This document shows positions 1 to 11,703 of a stretch of 64,000 nt of DNA, one piece after another. The position numbers and the translations under genes are program-made. The notes under the pieces are model-generated. The model was not told the origin of the DNA. It was given only the letters and a program-made list of their open reading frames with translations, and made no database searches. Location of the stretch: the NCBI GenBank assembly GCA_951406725.2, contig OX597818.1:43028001-43092000 (forward strand). Direction: 5' to 3'. Every line of letters starts with the position of its first letter. Position 1 is the stretch's first letter. Source of the stretch: Octopus vulgaris. Its lineage: Eukaryota.

Positions 1-1280
1 CTTGGTTTTCAAAAGCATCTAGTTTTCTTAGCCACTTTCAATCTCAGAGCACAGTGCTCTGTCAAAGACTTTCTCTATCAAAACAAATAATGTCTTGCTT
101 TTTGTTCAGGACTTCTGTACTTATTTCACTAAGAAGACAGCATCAATTGTACCACATTTTGGCATGAACTCAAGCCATATATAACTAAGCTAATTTTCTT
201 CCTGATTATTTTGCTATAACTCTTTCTGTTTCTTTTATAACTTGCTCCATCAATTTAATGCATATGTAGTTGCTTCTTTATAGAGCATCTTGTTTGCGCT
301 TGTAATGGTTGATAATGCTACTGCTCTAATCATTGGGGATGACCACTTCCTATGCTATCTTATTGACTAGGCAAGGCTCGTGTGTCCCCTACTCTGTGGG
401 ATGTTTTCAGTATTTTTCCCAAGTGGTTTAGATGCTTTCTCTGCTCTCATATCCTTAATGGCTATTTCAAACATTTCAATGTTACTTTCAGTAGCTGATC
501 CCTCTGTTAGATTTTCTTTTGATTAATCCTTCACTCTCTTGAGCATTTTTCTCATTTAGTATCATAACATTTCCATAATTCATTCTTTTTGGTGCCACCC
601 ACAACATCTGATTGATACTAATACACTGCTTTGCAATCTAAAATACTCCAAGCCTCTCATCATTCATGTCACACTTGCAAACCTCTTAAATCCATTTCTA
701 AGTGTACCTGACATTTAGCATCTCTTCTAGTTACCAGATATATTGTTCTTGCTTCCTATTTTTTCTCATTCTTCATGAACCTGTCTCTGAGCTTTTATGG
801 CTCAACTATACTATTCCACCACAATGTCACCTTCTCTCTGATAGAACTTTGCACTATCCACAGATCTGGTTTGCAGTAAATTGTCTTGTAAAAACTCTCA
901 GTTTCTCTTCTATGTCGCAAGTATCTCCTCCTCCTTTTCCACATATCTATCAGCTTGTACTGCTTTAAATTTATGTGCAGTTGAAGGATCTTTCAATTGT
1001 TTCTGTATCTTGCTTCTCATTTCTCTGTGTCTCTAGCTCTTACTCTGATGTCACTTTTACTAATTTATGTTGAGGGTCACATACTTCACTGAGGAAAAAC
1101 CTTGATATTCACAACCAACTGTCTATTCTGTTTTTTTGATGAGCATGAAATCTGTCTAGTTTGCATGTTCACTTGAATGGTAGCTGATTAGGTGTCAGTA
1201 TTGCAAATGGTTAGATCCCAGACCCTCAATCCATTTCTATTCTATGTGCCTTAGCCATGACCTCTGTATACATTGTCATA
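1..1280 (-). mobile_element. Decayed RTE-clade LINE ORF fragment (endonuclease C-terminal part into the start of RT), many stops and frameshifts
   Basis: Minus-strand translation gives YDNVYRGHG*GT*NRNGLRVWDL, ICNT, KVFP, QHKLV (APE C-terminal region) and near position 60 IEKVFDR (cf. RT motif DLEKAFDRV). It continues off the window. Confidence 0.7.
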
Positions 1281-1572
1281 TAAGCATTTACTCTTAACAC
1301 TACTTAAAGTAATCACTAGATTAAGTTCTTTAATTTATATGCATTAACATATTTAATTAATAAGCATTAAAGTAGTATCCTGTGAATAATTAATAACATA
1401 TTTAAGGTACTCCACTTTCTGTTTTAAAGACTATAATTATTGGGTTCCTTTCTTGAATGTAATAATCACTTTACAAGGCTCATTTTATCCAAGAAAGCTG
1501 CAGTCAAGATCTTTCTGCTGTTTTTATAATTTTATAATTTAAAGATTCATTAAAATATATAATCATCAAGAT

Positions 1573-1851
1573 TCGCCTTACTGGCACCTGTGCTGGGGGC
1601 ATGTGTAAAAGGATTCTAGTGAGGTCGTTGCCAGTACCGCCTGACTGGCCCCCGTGCCGGTGGCACGTAAAAAGCACCCACTACACTCTCGGAGTGGTTG
1701 GCGTTAGGAAGGGCATCCAGCTGTAGAAACTCTGCCAGATCAAGATTGGAGCCTGGTGCAGCCATCTGGTTCGCCAGCCCTCAGTCAAAATCGTCCAACC
1801 CATGCTAGCATGGAAAGCGGACGTTAAACGATGATGATGATGAATGATGAT
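1573..1851 (+). mobile_element. 5'-truncated RTE LINE 3' UTR with (GAT)n tail
   Basis: ggcacgtaaaaagcacc...catgctagcatggaaagcggacgttaaac(gat)n; the same sequence follows an RTE C-terminal peptide at 46038-46541. Confidence 0.8.
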
Positions 1852-2823
1852 TTTTATTGTACAAGGAAAATAATTATTCCTGGTTGATGATGTTACTGGT
1901 TATTTTCTATTTTTATTCTGTTTTCACGCTGATTCACAGGCATTGAGACTCAGTCATCATTATTGGCAGAATTGTCAGCACACCAGACAAAATGTTTAGT
2001 AGTATTTCTTCTGGTTTAATGTTCTGAGTTCAAATTCTGTTGAGGTCAACTTTGCCTTTTATCATTTTAGGAGCAATAGAATAAGCACCAGTTGATCACT
2101 GGGGTGGATGTAATCAACTAGCATCACCCCACAAAATTCAAGCTTTGTGCCTATAGTAAAAAAGACTATTTACCATCTATGCTTGCACTAAATTGTCCAT
2201 TAATTCTGGTACAATACTGTTATCAATGCATATATTTGATGAATAGATCACTTATCTGATACCAACAAAAACGTCAAGTGTACTGAATAGCTGTCCTTGT
2301 GTAGTAGATATACTGTTATTATGACATTATAAAGAGTTGGAAACGAATGTAATGTTGTGGTTACTGCTTAATTGACATTATAAGACATATCATCTTTAAA
2401 TAAATTCCTTTTTTTAAAATGATAGGTTAATTAATAACTGACAGAACTGAAAAAGATCTGTTCTGCAGAATTTAAACTATTTTGTCTACAAGATAAATAA
2501 TGATAAATAGTGTAGGGTTTTAATGAAAAACTGTGTATATAAGTAAGTGTACTGGGTAAAAGAAAATACAAGAGGATCAGTTAATTATGACTTTATTCAA
2601 TATATTCTCCTTTCACATTCACACACTTATTGCAGTGGAAGTTGGAAGGTTGGACCTCCAACCAGGTCTTTCGTGCTACCCTCAAAGCCTGGAACTTTTC
2701 AGTAGCCCCTTGTTGAACTAAATTTTTGAGAAATATCCAGCCTTTTCTAATTAGCAATATGAATGTAAACTAAGATAACAAAGTGTAATAATAACTTCCA
2801 ATTACTTTTATTTGATAAATTAA

Positions 2824-3366
2824 AGGTGTATTTTTGTTGTCTGGGGAGAGTCATTCTCTTGGCCTCGACTGGCCTCATGCCGGTGGCGCGTAAAAAGCAC
2901 CATCCGATCGTGGCCGTTGCCAGCCTTGCCTAGCCCCCATGCCAGTGGCACGTAAAAAGCACCATCCGATCATGGCTGTTTGCCAGCCTCGTCTGGCACC
3001 TGTGCCGGTGGCACGTAAAAAGCACCCACTACACTCACGGAGTGGTTGGCGTTAGGAAGGGCATCCAGCTGTAGAAACATTGCCAGATCAGACTGGGCCT
3101 GGTGCAGCCTTCTGGCTTCCCAGACCCCAGTCGAACCATCCAACCCATGCTAGCATGGAAAGTGGACGCTAAACGATGATGATGATGATTATTTAACACA
3201 CTCACTGGTAAAGTTTCCACTCATTTACTTATTTATTTTACTAAATTTTTTGTTGCATCTTGCAACCTTTCCAATAGTCATTGACTCTGTCCATTATCTG
3301 AGCTGCGTTCTTTTTATTTGTTAGTGCACGTGTGTGTAGGTCACTGTGTGTGGGTCACATATGCAC

Positions 3367-3397
<31 letters not shown>

Positions 3398-3530
3398 TGT
3401 ATGTATGTATGTATGTATGCATGCTAGTGTGTGTATGCATGTATGTGTGTGTGTACATATGTATGTATATGTGTATGCATATATGTGTGTACATTTGTAT
3501 GTATGTATGTATTGTGCATATTCATGTGTT

Positions 3531-3561
<31 letters not shown>

Positions 3562-5066
3562 GTATGCGTGTGTACCTCTGTCTCCTTGTGTATACATGTC
3601 TGAGTGCGTCTGTGTATGGGTTTTCATGACTATGTACTGTGTCTGTATGCATGGATGTGTGTCTCCATATGTGTCCCTTTTGTGAAGTGAAGTGTGTGTA
3701 TGTATATATGGTCACATGTTTCAGTCTTCATTTGCATATGTATGTGTGTATGTCTGTTCATATCACCTATGTGCCTATACATCTGTATGTCTATCTGTTT
3801 ACATCATATCCAATTACCTACATACATGTGCACATACATATACGTATACATACATACACACACACACATACATACATCTACATAACAGCCCACTAACTAT
3901 TCTACCTGTATATAAATATAAACTGTGGGTATGGGGGTATGATTACCTACTACCTATATTTCATATTTAGCACTTGGGAATGTTTCATTTATGATGACAT
4001 ACTCCTGTATTTCTCTGAGTGTTGGGTCCTTTGGGTGCTTGGATAAAGTGCAGATGTCAAGTTGACCCAGGTTGTCTCCATGTTGGTCCCGGGATCAACA
4101 TGGAAGCAACCTGGGTCAACTTAGTCCAACATGGAGGCAAATTGGGTCAACTTGACATCCACAACCTGGGTCAACTTAATATCTGCATTTTATTCAAGCA
4201 CCCAAAGGAGTCAACACTCAGACAAATACAGGAGTACATACTCATTAATGAAACATCCCCAGTACAAAAGAGGAAATATATATAGTCGGTAATCATACCC
4301 CCATACCCATATTTTATATTTATATACAGGTAGAATAGTTAGTGGGCTGTTATGTAGATGTATGTATGTGTGTGTGTGTGTGTGTGTACGTATACGTATA
4401 TGTATGTGCACATCTATGTAGGTAAATGGATATGAATGTAAACAGATAGACTTACAGACGTATAGGTACATAGGTGATATGAACAGACAAGCACACATAC
4501 ACACATGCATATGCAAATGAAGACTGAAACACGTGACCATATACACACTCACTTCACTTCACACAAGGACATGTATGAGACACATAGACTATACATAGTG
4601 ACACACACACACACACACTCATGCAAACATACATACACATGCATGCACGCATAAAAATACAAACACGAACACACAAACACATGAATATACAGAATACATG
4701 CATACAAATGTACACACATACATATATATGTATGTATGCACACACACACACACATACATACACTTACATGCATGCACACATACATACACACATACATACA
4801 TACGTACAAGCATACATACATACATACATACATACACTTACATGTGTATGTGCACACACACTGTCCCACACACATGTGCACAAATAAACAAAAAGAATGC
4901 ATCTCGGATAACAGATAGAGTCAGCGACTATCGAATAAATTGCAAGATGCAGCGAAAATTTTAGGAAAAATAAATAAATGAGTGGAAACTTTACCAGTGA
5001 GTGTGTTAAATAATAAGGCACTAAAAGAAAATGACTCTCCCCAGACACAGCAAAATATGCTTCAAC
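2824..5066. mobile_element. Large foldback (inverted-repeat) element with ~0.9 kb arms, left arm interrupted by an RTE 3' end
   Basis: 3191-4072 is the diverged reverse complement of ~4165-5010; 2824-2860 matches ~5030-5066 inverted; centre near CCCGGG at 4088-4093. Confidence 0.85.
2861..3189 (+). mobile_element. RTE LINE 3' UTR fragment with (GAT)n tail, nested in the foldback arm
   Basis: Three ~60-bp internal repeats (ggcacgtaaaaagcacc) followed by the family 3' end and gatgatgat. Confidence 0.8.
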
Positions 5067-6225
5067 ACATGAACTCACATAAAGAATCTTGCAAACCAAA
5101 TCCCAAAACAAAGTCAATTACTTTTATTAATTAATTAAAAGTATATTTGAATATCACAGTGATTGCTTTTTAAAGTTTATTTGTATTGGTCAGAATATGC
5201 TATAACATTGTACTCAGTTCCTATCTCAACCAGTTATTGGTGCATAACATTAAGTTCTATGCCCCAACTGCAGCTATTTTGCTGTTGGAATGTTATATTA
5301 TTAGTAACAGATTTGTTAACACCTGGTTCATTACATTAATTCAGCATTTAGGTTGCTAAAGTACTTCAAAAGAATTTAATGAGATTTTTATAATTATTAA
5401 ATGATGCAGAATATTGAGATAAAAAATATTTTTAGTTTTGTATCGTTTTCCTTTTTAGTTGTTATTCAACTAGCTTTGGAGTTACACACTTACAAATGAT
5501 AAATTGTAAGTGCAGTTATTATTTAATTTTCCAGCTAGTCATTCATTCCAAATTTATTTTCCCTCATAAAAAAAATTGTCAACTTGCCTTTCATCATTTG
5601 TAATCTCAACCGCTGTATTTTGAAAATATATTTAGAATTTTTTTTTTTTAATGAAAGCTATATGTATATACTATACTTGACTTTTGCTAACGTTTGTGCC
5701 ACTGAGGCTGAAAATCTCTAAACATTCCTTGCATTCTTGCTATATCAGCTGAAGTAGTTTAAGAGTAATTGGGTTTCAACTAGTTTTGTTTTGTCATCTA
5801 AATTTCCAACCATTTCCAATTCTGTATTTCTAAAAGGAAAGGAAAAATAAAAATTCAACTCTAATAAGTCACCAGATGTAGTGTATCACAATATGAACAT
5901 TTAAACTGAACAATGTTTTCAGTAGCAGATATTTCATTTATTATTTTTCTTTTTTTTTAGATTTTACGATCCCCACCCTTCAAATGGTTTTTATTCACTA
6001 GTGGTTTCAGTAACAAGTGGTTCATAGTAATTTGATCACAAATATTACTTTCATATAAAAATAAATAAAAAGCATTTTATGAGATAGAAATATACTTGTT
6101 TGTTTCTACTCCCATTTGGTTATTAAATAAATTCAATTTCTCTTTCATATTTTGTGACTTTTAAATGATAATAATAGTGATGACAACCGTGGCAGCAGTG
6201 GCAATGATGACAACGACAACGAACC

Positions 6226-6498
6226 AATTACAGCACAGAAGACACATATTAGCCATTCAAAAGCACCCAAAATATTAACTACACTCAAGCATTTCTTATT
6301 TTGTGTCAGAATTTTTGTTACATCAATTGCAAACCAGTTACTACAAGGGTTCTAGTTGCACTAGAATCAACCCTGTTGGGGATCATATCACAGTTATTGT
6401 GACAAAAATTTGCAACACCAAATAATAAATGTTTATGTGAAATTAAAATTTTTTTGTGTGCTTTTGAATGTCTCACATGTGTCTTCCATGCTGTAATT
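6226..6498. repeat. Imperfect ~270 bp palindrome (MITE-like)
   Basis: aattacagcacagaagacacatattagccattcaaaagcac pairs with gtgcttttgaatgtctcacatgtgtcttccatgctgtaatt; complementarity continues inward. Confidence 0.7.
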
Positions 6499-6793
6499 AT
6501 TTTAGTTTCAACACAGTCTCAGATCAAATCACTTGCCAGGCAATTACATCTCTGAAGTAATAATAAAGTAACAGGAATAATGCTTATGAATAAAAAAAGC
6601 AACAGAATATTTTCTATTATTTTTATTGATAAGGAAATTATTAGTTATAACACAGAGCTTGGCGTATTGAGTGAGTTTGAGATAGAACTCCTTCCCCTAA
6701 CATTTCATCCAAAAAAGCTAATTAAAGGAAAGCCATAAAAGAAAAACTGATATGGCCACATAAGAATGATAAAATAAATTCCATCATAGTCAA

Positions 6794-7250
6794 TCTATAT
6801 ACTACTAAAACTCTGTGGTTGCTTGCTTGCTTGTGTGCTTGTCTGTAATTTAATACAACCAAAATGGGAAAATACTCTGAAAGTATGGTACCCCTGAAAT
6901 GTGAATACAAAGGGAATAAAACAAGTTTCACGTAAATTGGACCACAGATTCCTGATATGCATGTTTTTTTGGGGTACTACTAAAACTCTGTGATTGCTTG
7001 CTTGTGTGCTAGCTTTTGTGCATGCTTGTCTGTAATTTAATACAGCCAAACCAGCACATAATGGAAAAATACTCTGAAAGTAAGGTACCCCTGAAATGTG
7101 AATACAAACGGAATAAAACAAACTTTGCGTAAATCGGATCACAGATTCCTGAGATATGCAATTTTTGAGGGGGTACCTTCATAAATGGCCAAAATAATGG
7201 GAAAATACTCCGAAAATAGCATAACTCTGAAATGGGAATATATAATACTG
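6794..7250 (+). mobile_element. Probable non-autonomous Helitron 5' part with ~175-200 bp tandem units (about 2.3 copies)
   Basis: Starts A|TCTATATACTACTAAAAC, a Helitron-type 5' end like 47401. Units at ~6801-6974 and ~6975-7178 plus a partial third. No clear 3' hairpin+CTRR. Confidence 0.5.
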
Positions 7251-7636
7251 TGAAAATTGTTTCTATTAATTTTATGTTTACATAATATAACAATTCCTTT
7301 TGTATTGTTGTAGAAGTGTGCATATATGCCATAAATAAATGCTGTTACTAGAGTTCAGGTTTATCTCTGAAGTTCTATTTCTATTAGATGCTGTAAATAA
7401 TCAATAAAACCTTAAACATGAACTTGTAAACCAGACCTATGATGACACAAATGAATTGAAATATTTAACTGAATCATCATAAAATTAACTTTCATTTCAA
7501 TGCAATGTTGAAATCAGCTTCAATGTTTTATATCCTGAACCGTCAGTGACCTAATGGGTCATAGGTAGTCTAGTATGTACTAAAGCTAGATTGACAGTAG
7601 TGACTTTACAAAGAAACCAGAATAAGTTTGAAGGTT

Positions 7637-7979
7637 TCTCAAAAAGAAGAAACAAGATTTAATATATAGTTGTTTAAAACCAGTGCTTACCCACAAGGAA
7701 TTCATCATCGTTTAACATCCATTCTCCATGCTAGCATGGGTTGGACGGTTTGACCGGGGATCTGGGAAGCCAGAAGGCTGCACCAGGCTCTAGTCTGATC
7801 TGGAAACACTGCCAGATCAGACTAGAGCCTGGTACAGCCTTCTGGCTTCCCAGATCCCTGGTCGAACCGTCCAACCCATGCTAGCATGGAGAACAGACGT
7901 TAAACGATGATGAATTCCTTGTGGGTAAGCACTGGTTTTAAACAACTACATATTAAATCTTGTTTTTTTCTTTTTGAGA
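7637..7979. repeat. Near-perfect palindrome (~167 bp arms, 8-nt loop): RTE 3' end plus ~65 bp of flank in each arm
   Basis: tctcaaaaag...tctgatctgg | aaacactg | ccagatcaga...ctttttgaga; about 9 differences between arms by eye. Confidence 0.95.
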
Positions 7980-10292
7980 TATGAAAAAATATAATTAATT
8001 AACATAGAAAATCTAGAAAATGTAACAGATACTTCAAGACAATTGACTACATTTTGTACAGCTATACAGTCTGGACCAAATGAGAATAACTATACAGACC
8101 TGACCAAATAGGTAGATATATTCACTGAGCAACATGCAAACATTACCAAATCAAATGAGACAATGAATGATGGATATATTTCTGAAGCTTGTTAATTTCG
8201 TTGAAATATGGTTGTTATATATGGTTGTTATATGCATTGGCATAGATTTGGCTATGTGGTTAAAATGTTTGCTCCCCAACCATATGATCTCGAGTTCAGT
8301 CCCAATGTGAGGCACGTTGTGCAAGCGTCTTCTACTTCAGTCTCAGGTTGACCAAAGCCTTGTGAATGAATTTGATAGATGGAAACTGAAAGAAGCCCAG
8401 TGTGTGTGTTGTGTGTATCTATGTGTGCCTTCATCTAAACATTGCATGAGTATTGTAAATGAGGATCATCGTCATACAAGCAGGGTTGTTTATTTCTAGT
8501 TTTCTGTGAAAAACATGTGTGACTTGGAAATAGGTGGCAACAGGAAGGGCATCTGTTTGTAGAAAATCTGCCTTATATCAAATTCTTCCTGATCCATGCA
8601 ACCACAGAAAAGTGATGTGTATGTGTGTCTGTGTATTTGTTTACGTTTGCACTCCTCTAAAAATTGCTGAACTACAAACAGTGATGTTGATGTCATCATC
8701 CTCCCCACCCCGTTGACAAATCATTCGCTGATGTTGCAGCTTTCAAAATGTAAGGAATAAGAGATCCCTTGCTTGAAAAACAGGTAAGAGTTAGCAATAA
8801 GAAAGGCATAAGTATGTAAAACAATACCTCAGTAATAATTATTTATTTTATGTAAATGGAGCAGATAGAGTTGTATGTGATGTCAACTGCAGTCATGGAG
8901 TGGGTATGACATGTTAATTAGATAATTGGGAGATGGAATTGAAGCATATAAGAGAGTCATGAGAATTGACTGTGTCATACAAATGGTATTCTCTCTGTTG
9001 TAAGTCATAAACAGAACAAAACAAGGATCGGAAAATGAAATGCAGTAATTCATTGTATTTTAACATCTATATATCAATTCCTCTTGAGTATATTGTGACA
9101 TTTCACTCATTAATTTTTGACATTACATTTTTTTTGTAACATAGCTTTCTTTAACAAACCTAATGGAGCAGGGAGAATCAAATGGAACAAAAACCAATAC
9201 GAAAGCTGTAGAATCATAATGAAATTAGTGAATAGAACCAAAAAAAAAAAATGAAAAAAAAAAAGAAAAAAGGAAAGAAAAAGGAACAATAGGTTCGGGT
9301 TGCAGTTTGAAGTATCTCCATACCCTGAAACTACATAAGCTAACTCTCCGGTGAAATGATGATGCGATGAGTATTTCTCTTGCAGCTATTTCCCTACCTG
9401 GATTTGCTTTGCATATTTTGGAATATGCTCAGTAGAAATCTAATGGACAATGAGAAACATCTTTGTGAATCATTAAATCTGTATAAGTCATGCTATAAAG
9501 AGCTAATAAGATTAGTTTGCTGAAGTTTGGTGAAAAGTAAATGTTCAATAAAATTATTTTCTCAGTCTGCTCCATTTCATATTTGTGTTTGAGTTCTCAT
9601 TAAGGAATTCAATCAAGATATTAATTGCTGACAAGAATTTCCCTATGGGTCAATACTTTTGTGTGGTGGAGGTTTTAGTAGAAAGAGTAAAAAATCTGTA
9701 AATGCGACCAAGAATTAATACCAGTATCTTTTCACTTTACAGAAAAGGAATTATTGGGTTTTCTGTGAAGTGTAACCAATATGCTTACACTGGGGAGAAT
9801 ATCAAGGGATTGTGTTGTCTTTGTTGATAACAAAATAAAAAATAAAAAATCTTGCATCATCCAAAAGCTAAAATGTGTAATGATTATAACAGAAATGAAA
9901 TAATTTGCAACGAAAGAGGGTTGCAGCAATTGGAATGGAATGTGGAAATCAAATTTTTCAGCGCAAATGAATTCAGAATAATATATAGGTCAGTTGATAT
10001 AAGATGTATATGAATTTTCATATAAACATATGGAGCGTTTTGTGAAAAATACCATTGTAAGGGAGTAGATTAAGAAAGCTCTGGAGTGTGGCTGTTCATT
10101 CAGAAATGTGAAAGTTATTCTTCTTAGATATATGACACAACATATGGTTACATGGAAATATTTGGTCATAGCCCTTGAGAAGAAACTAGTAAAAGAGTAA
10201 AGGAGTATATGCTAGTTTGCTAAACAGATATTTAAGCAATAATAATGGTTTTATTTTGGTAAATTAACTCATGTTTCGGAAACTACTTTTTA

Positions 10293-10298
<6 letters not shown>

Positions 10299-10344
<46 letters not shown>

Positions 10345-10610
10345 TAGATAGATATGGATATATATCTCACACCATGATCTCTAGATGTTTCTGGTTCATC
10401 ATGATATGCTTAGAAAGCAGATGGTAGTTGTTCCGTCAGAACACACACTGCATGTATGTGCGTGTGCACGCACATACACACACACACACACATCAGATTG
10501 TGTTACAAAATGTAAAGTATATTTTGTGATACTGTACTTAAAGATATATCATAAACAAGTTATGAAAAAGTAAATAACTACATATGGATTCAATTCATGT
10601 GTGTGTGTGT

Positions 10611-10659
<49 letters not shown>
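10299..10659. repeat. Microsatellite cluster: (TA)n ~10299-10341, short (CA)n, (GT)n ~10598-10659
   Basis: Direct reading. Confidence 0.95.
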
Positions 10660-10662
<3 letters not shown>

Positions 10663-11482
10663 AAGAACAGAACAGGCTGATAAGTAAATAAATATGATAA
10701 TTCAAATAGGATACCAAAAATAAATCGGACGGTGCATTCCTTTTAGTCTTCAACTTTTCCATTTGGAAACGTTTGCTTTAGAAACGTAGATTCCCTTTCC
10801 TTCTTGTACCATTATATCAACATCCTCTACTGTTTACAATGCCATACATCATCTACCTGTTCACCTTTTGCTTCTCTATTTCTTCTCTTTTCTCTCTCTT
10901 GCTCCATGAAAGCCCATCGCTAACCAGCAGATATAATTTTTGTACTGTAACACCACATTTATGCTTCACATCCTTCACATGCTATTTTTCAGTTACTAAT
11001 CTTTGAACAAATAAAAAAAAAATATGATAAACGTAGTAAACTATCTCAAATTAGTTTGCTACAAGAGTATCTTTAAAGGCTAAAAGGTCCATTGTTCTTT
11101 GCAACTGCGCATATACAACAGCTGAAGATTATATTGTATCCTGGTGATTTTATTAGTTAGACATAGAGTGGGCTTTTTGTATACAAAACTTAGATAAATT
11201 TAGATGAATAGATTGAGCTTTTATTTTTCTTATGAAAAAAGCTATCATTTCTTTGCTTTAGTTATGACTTGTATGAAAATATACTGTCTATATATCTATA
11301 TAATGTATCCAAATTTTCAAAGAAGTAAATTTGATGTTGGTGCATGGTTGATGAATAGGTGCAGGCAAGAAGTTTGCTTCCCAACCACATGGTTCTGGGT
11401 TCAGTCCCACTCTGTGGCACATTGAGAAAGTGTTTTCTACTATCATATATGTATATAAGCCCATCATGTGTGTGTGTACACA

Positions 11483-11703
11483 TGGCAGAAACGTTAGCAC
11501 GCCGGGCAAAATGTGTAGCCGTATTTCGTCTGCCGTTACATTCTGAGTTCAAATTCCGCCGAGGTCGACTTTGCTTTTCATCCTTTCGGGGTCGATAAAT
11601 TAAGTACCAGTTACGCACTGGGGTCGGTATAATCGACTTAATCTGTTTGTCTGTCCTTGTTTGTCCCCTCTGTGTTTAACCCCTGGTGGGTAGTAAAGAA
11701 ATA
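11483..11703 (+). mobile_element. SINE family A (tRNA-like head, Nin-like domain) nested in an older family-B-type element
   Basis: gagttcaaattcc B-box-like motif, gtcgactttgcttttcatcctttcggggtcgataaattaagtacc core; host element continues on both sides. Confidence 0.8.

Noticed and set aside
2560-2714. Possible Tc1/mariner-type terminus (gaacttttcagtagccccttgt)
   Set aside because: Only one plausible end and no convincing partner TIR or TSD.
3318-5117. Many overlapping ORFs rich in C/V/M/Y or H/T/I/Y
   Set aside because: Translations of (TATG)n/(TG)n microsatellites in the foldback arms.
5677-5829. Minus-strand segment bounded by a good acceptor and a GT donor
   Set aside because: Stops in all three frames and no partner exon found; a non-coding exon cannot be supported from sequence alone.
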